Positions 61,199 through 64,000 of a DNA stretch of 64,000 nucleotides are shown here, piece after piece; positions within the stretch are counted from its first letter, which is position 1; each line of letters opens with the position of its first letter. A program made the position numbers and the translations under genes. The stretch is from assembly GCF_009914755.1 (NCBI RefSeq), contig NC_060935.1. One strand, given 5' to 3'. The stretch is from the human T2T-CHM13v2.0 reference genome, Homo sapiens. The notes beneath the pieces are model-generated. The model was not told where the DNA came from. It did not search any database and saw nothing but the letters and a program-made list of their open reading frames with translations.

Positions 61199-61583
61199 AG
61201 TATTAGTCCTTGAGGCTACTGTAACAAATTATCACAAACTTGGTGGCTTAAAATAACAAATTTGTCTTTCACAGTTCCAGAGGCTAATAATTCAAAATCA
61301 AGGTGTCCTTAGAACCACACTCCCTACTGACACTTTTGGAGAGATTCTCTTGTGGCCTCTTCCAGCTTTTGGTGCTTTCTGGCATTTCTTAGCTTAAGAT
61401 AACATCACTACATCTTTTTCCTGCTTCTTCAAACCACCTTCTTCTAAATAATCCAGGGTATTTTCCTCATATCAAGATTCTTCATTAACTTATACCTGCA
61501 AAGTCCATTTATCCAAATAACATTGACACATTCCAAAACTAGGACTTAATATCTTTGGGTGGCCATATTTTACTAAAACTTCA
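61199..61583 (-). mobile_element. MLT1C-like MaLR LTR
   Basis: gtaacaaattatcacaaacttggtggcttaaa..aaaatcaaggtgtc..gcctcttccagcttttggtg..ctgcaaagtc. Confidence 0.8.
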
Positions 61584-61715
61584 AGCCACACATTGTTAAG
61601 AGATAATATGTAGGCACAAAATATCAATGTGATTAGTCCCTATAAGGTGTTTTTTTTTTCTTCTTAACATAAAAACACATAGCAATTAGGGAATTATGGA
61701 GGAAGCCCTTAGTAG

Positions 61716-62144
<429 letters not shown>

Positions 62145-62579
62145 CTTTTACAGTACTTTTAACCATATATATGTATATAAAGAAATAATAGATTCAGTAT
62201 ACTAAAACTTCTCATAATAAGGTAATATTAATGGGAACAATAAAAAAATCAATAATGCATTGTTGTTTTAGAAAAAATAGTATAGGAAAAGTAATTTAAC
62301 AATTTCCAAACTGCTATGTATTCATTTTTTAAGTTATATTTTTAGGCTTCCTCAATTGTGATTTTTCTATTTTTCTGAATTGCCCGGAATGTTACTACTA
62401 CATTCATTTAAAATATCATGTAGTGATTAAGTTCCCAGACTTTAAATTCAGACAAAACTAACTTTGAAGCCCATCTCCTTCTCATAATTTGTGTGTTGCC
62501 AAGGCAATCTAAGATTCTTGTCCAAATATAAAAGTTTTACTTATCCATTGCAGAGTTACTACTGAGTTTTTGAGACAGT

Positions 62580-62810
62580 GGATTGAATCTGGAGGTGAAC
62601 TGCCTGGTTTTCAATCCCAATTCTTCTACTTATTAGTTTTGTGACACTGAACAGCTTAATTAATCTCATTCCTATATCAGTCTCCTCATCTTTATAATGA
62701 GATAATAACTTATCCAATAGAGTCCTTTTAAAGATTCAATGATTTAATTCATATGAAGCATCTAGCCTGGCACATATGAAGCCCTCAGTGACAATTAGCT
62801 ATCATAATTG
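62580..62810 (+). mobile_element. MIR SINE
   Basis: ctgcctggttttcaatccc..cttattagttttgtgac..cagtctcctcatctttataatgagataata..gcctggcacata. Confidence 0.75.
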
Positions 62811-63490
62811 TCATCATCATCAACATCATTTCTATTTATATTATACTGATATTAAAAGGATTTCTCAGCAATTCTCAGGTGCTACCAAGGTTGACAAACC
62901 CTAGATTTCAATTTGATTCCAGAAAAAGTATTATATGTGTTTAATTTTTTAAAAAATGAGTAAGATATTTGTAATTTGCATGCACATAATGCCTATGGTT
63001 TATAATAAGTAAGGAAAATAATAGGGAGGTACCGAGGAGAAACTCAATGAAATGAATCAGAACTATTTTAATAACTAAGGAATTTAGAGTCAATATAATT
63101 AACAAGCGAGTATCTGAGAGATTCAAGGTCATTGCTGAAGCTACTGGAAACAAAGTTTTTCAAAAAAAAAAGACAGCCTTTGCATGTAGACTAAATTATA
63201 ATATAAGTTCACATTAATCTTCAAGGTGGCATAACAATTCAAGCCCACCATTACAGCAAATCTGAGACATATGCCAAGATGCATCAGTGAAGATGAGGAT
63301 TTTGGGGAAAGCTCTCCATCAGAATAAGCCAACTGGTATTCTGTAAAGTTCCACCATGAGTTAATCTAGGGATTTAACCGTTTGTCTTCAATTCAACTCT
63401 AATCAAGCTAAAGAGGCAACTTTAAGATATAAGGGTAGTTGTTCCAGAATGATTATGTATGTGTTATTAATTCTTATAAATTTAGAATCA

Positions 63491-63803
<313 letters not shown>

Positions 63804-64000
63804 TCATTGATGTTTATTCAAAGCCTCCTTCCCTGAGATATGGTATTAGAAAAATAAGCAATTATTTAAATAACCATAACTTATTATTATAAAAATCTGT
63901 CATTTAGGCTGAAATTAACACATTTAATTGGTTCTGGAGCTTTGATAAGTGTATGGATCATGACTGTGTAAATTATCAGTGGTTTTTCTCTACTTATTGA

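Overview
This is primate (almost certainly human) genomic DNA: AT-rich, non-coding and dominated by interspersed repeats. I find no credible protein-coding gene, RNA gene, CRISPR array or non-repeat CpG island. Most of the longer ORFs in the track are translations of Alu, L1, LTR12, THE1 or MLT repeats, and the rest are short AT-rich frames. Content: about 26 Alu copies or fragments (many with visible target-site duplications, TSDs); L1PA, L1MA, L1MC and older L1M fragments, all on the + strand; L2, MIR and a CR1/L3 reverse-transcriptase fossil; hAT and Tigger DNA-transposon relics; MLT1 LTRs; a solo LTR12 (ERV9) with an NF-Y/CCAAT promoter array; LTR26-, MER61- and MER67-like LTRs; a THE1B solo LTR; and a full-length two-LTR THE1 element nested four layers deep. 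Repeat family names come from recalled consensus motifs, so subfamily calls and the edges of old elements are approximate. I do not see a new gene system. The most unusual signals are several locally templated rearrangement scars (nested palindromes at ~17.05 kb and ~51.4 kb, an Alu collapsed onto a fold-back filler at ~29.2 kb, a 178-bp copy pasted 3.2 kb away), a ~175-bp degenerate fold-back element at ~35.8 kb, a potentially active LTR12 promoter and a (GGAA)10 microsatellite.
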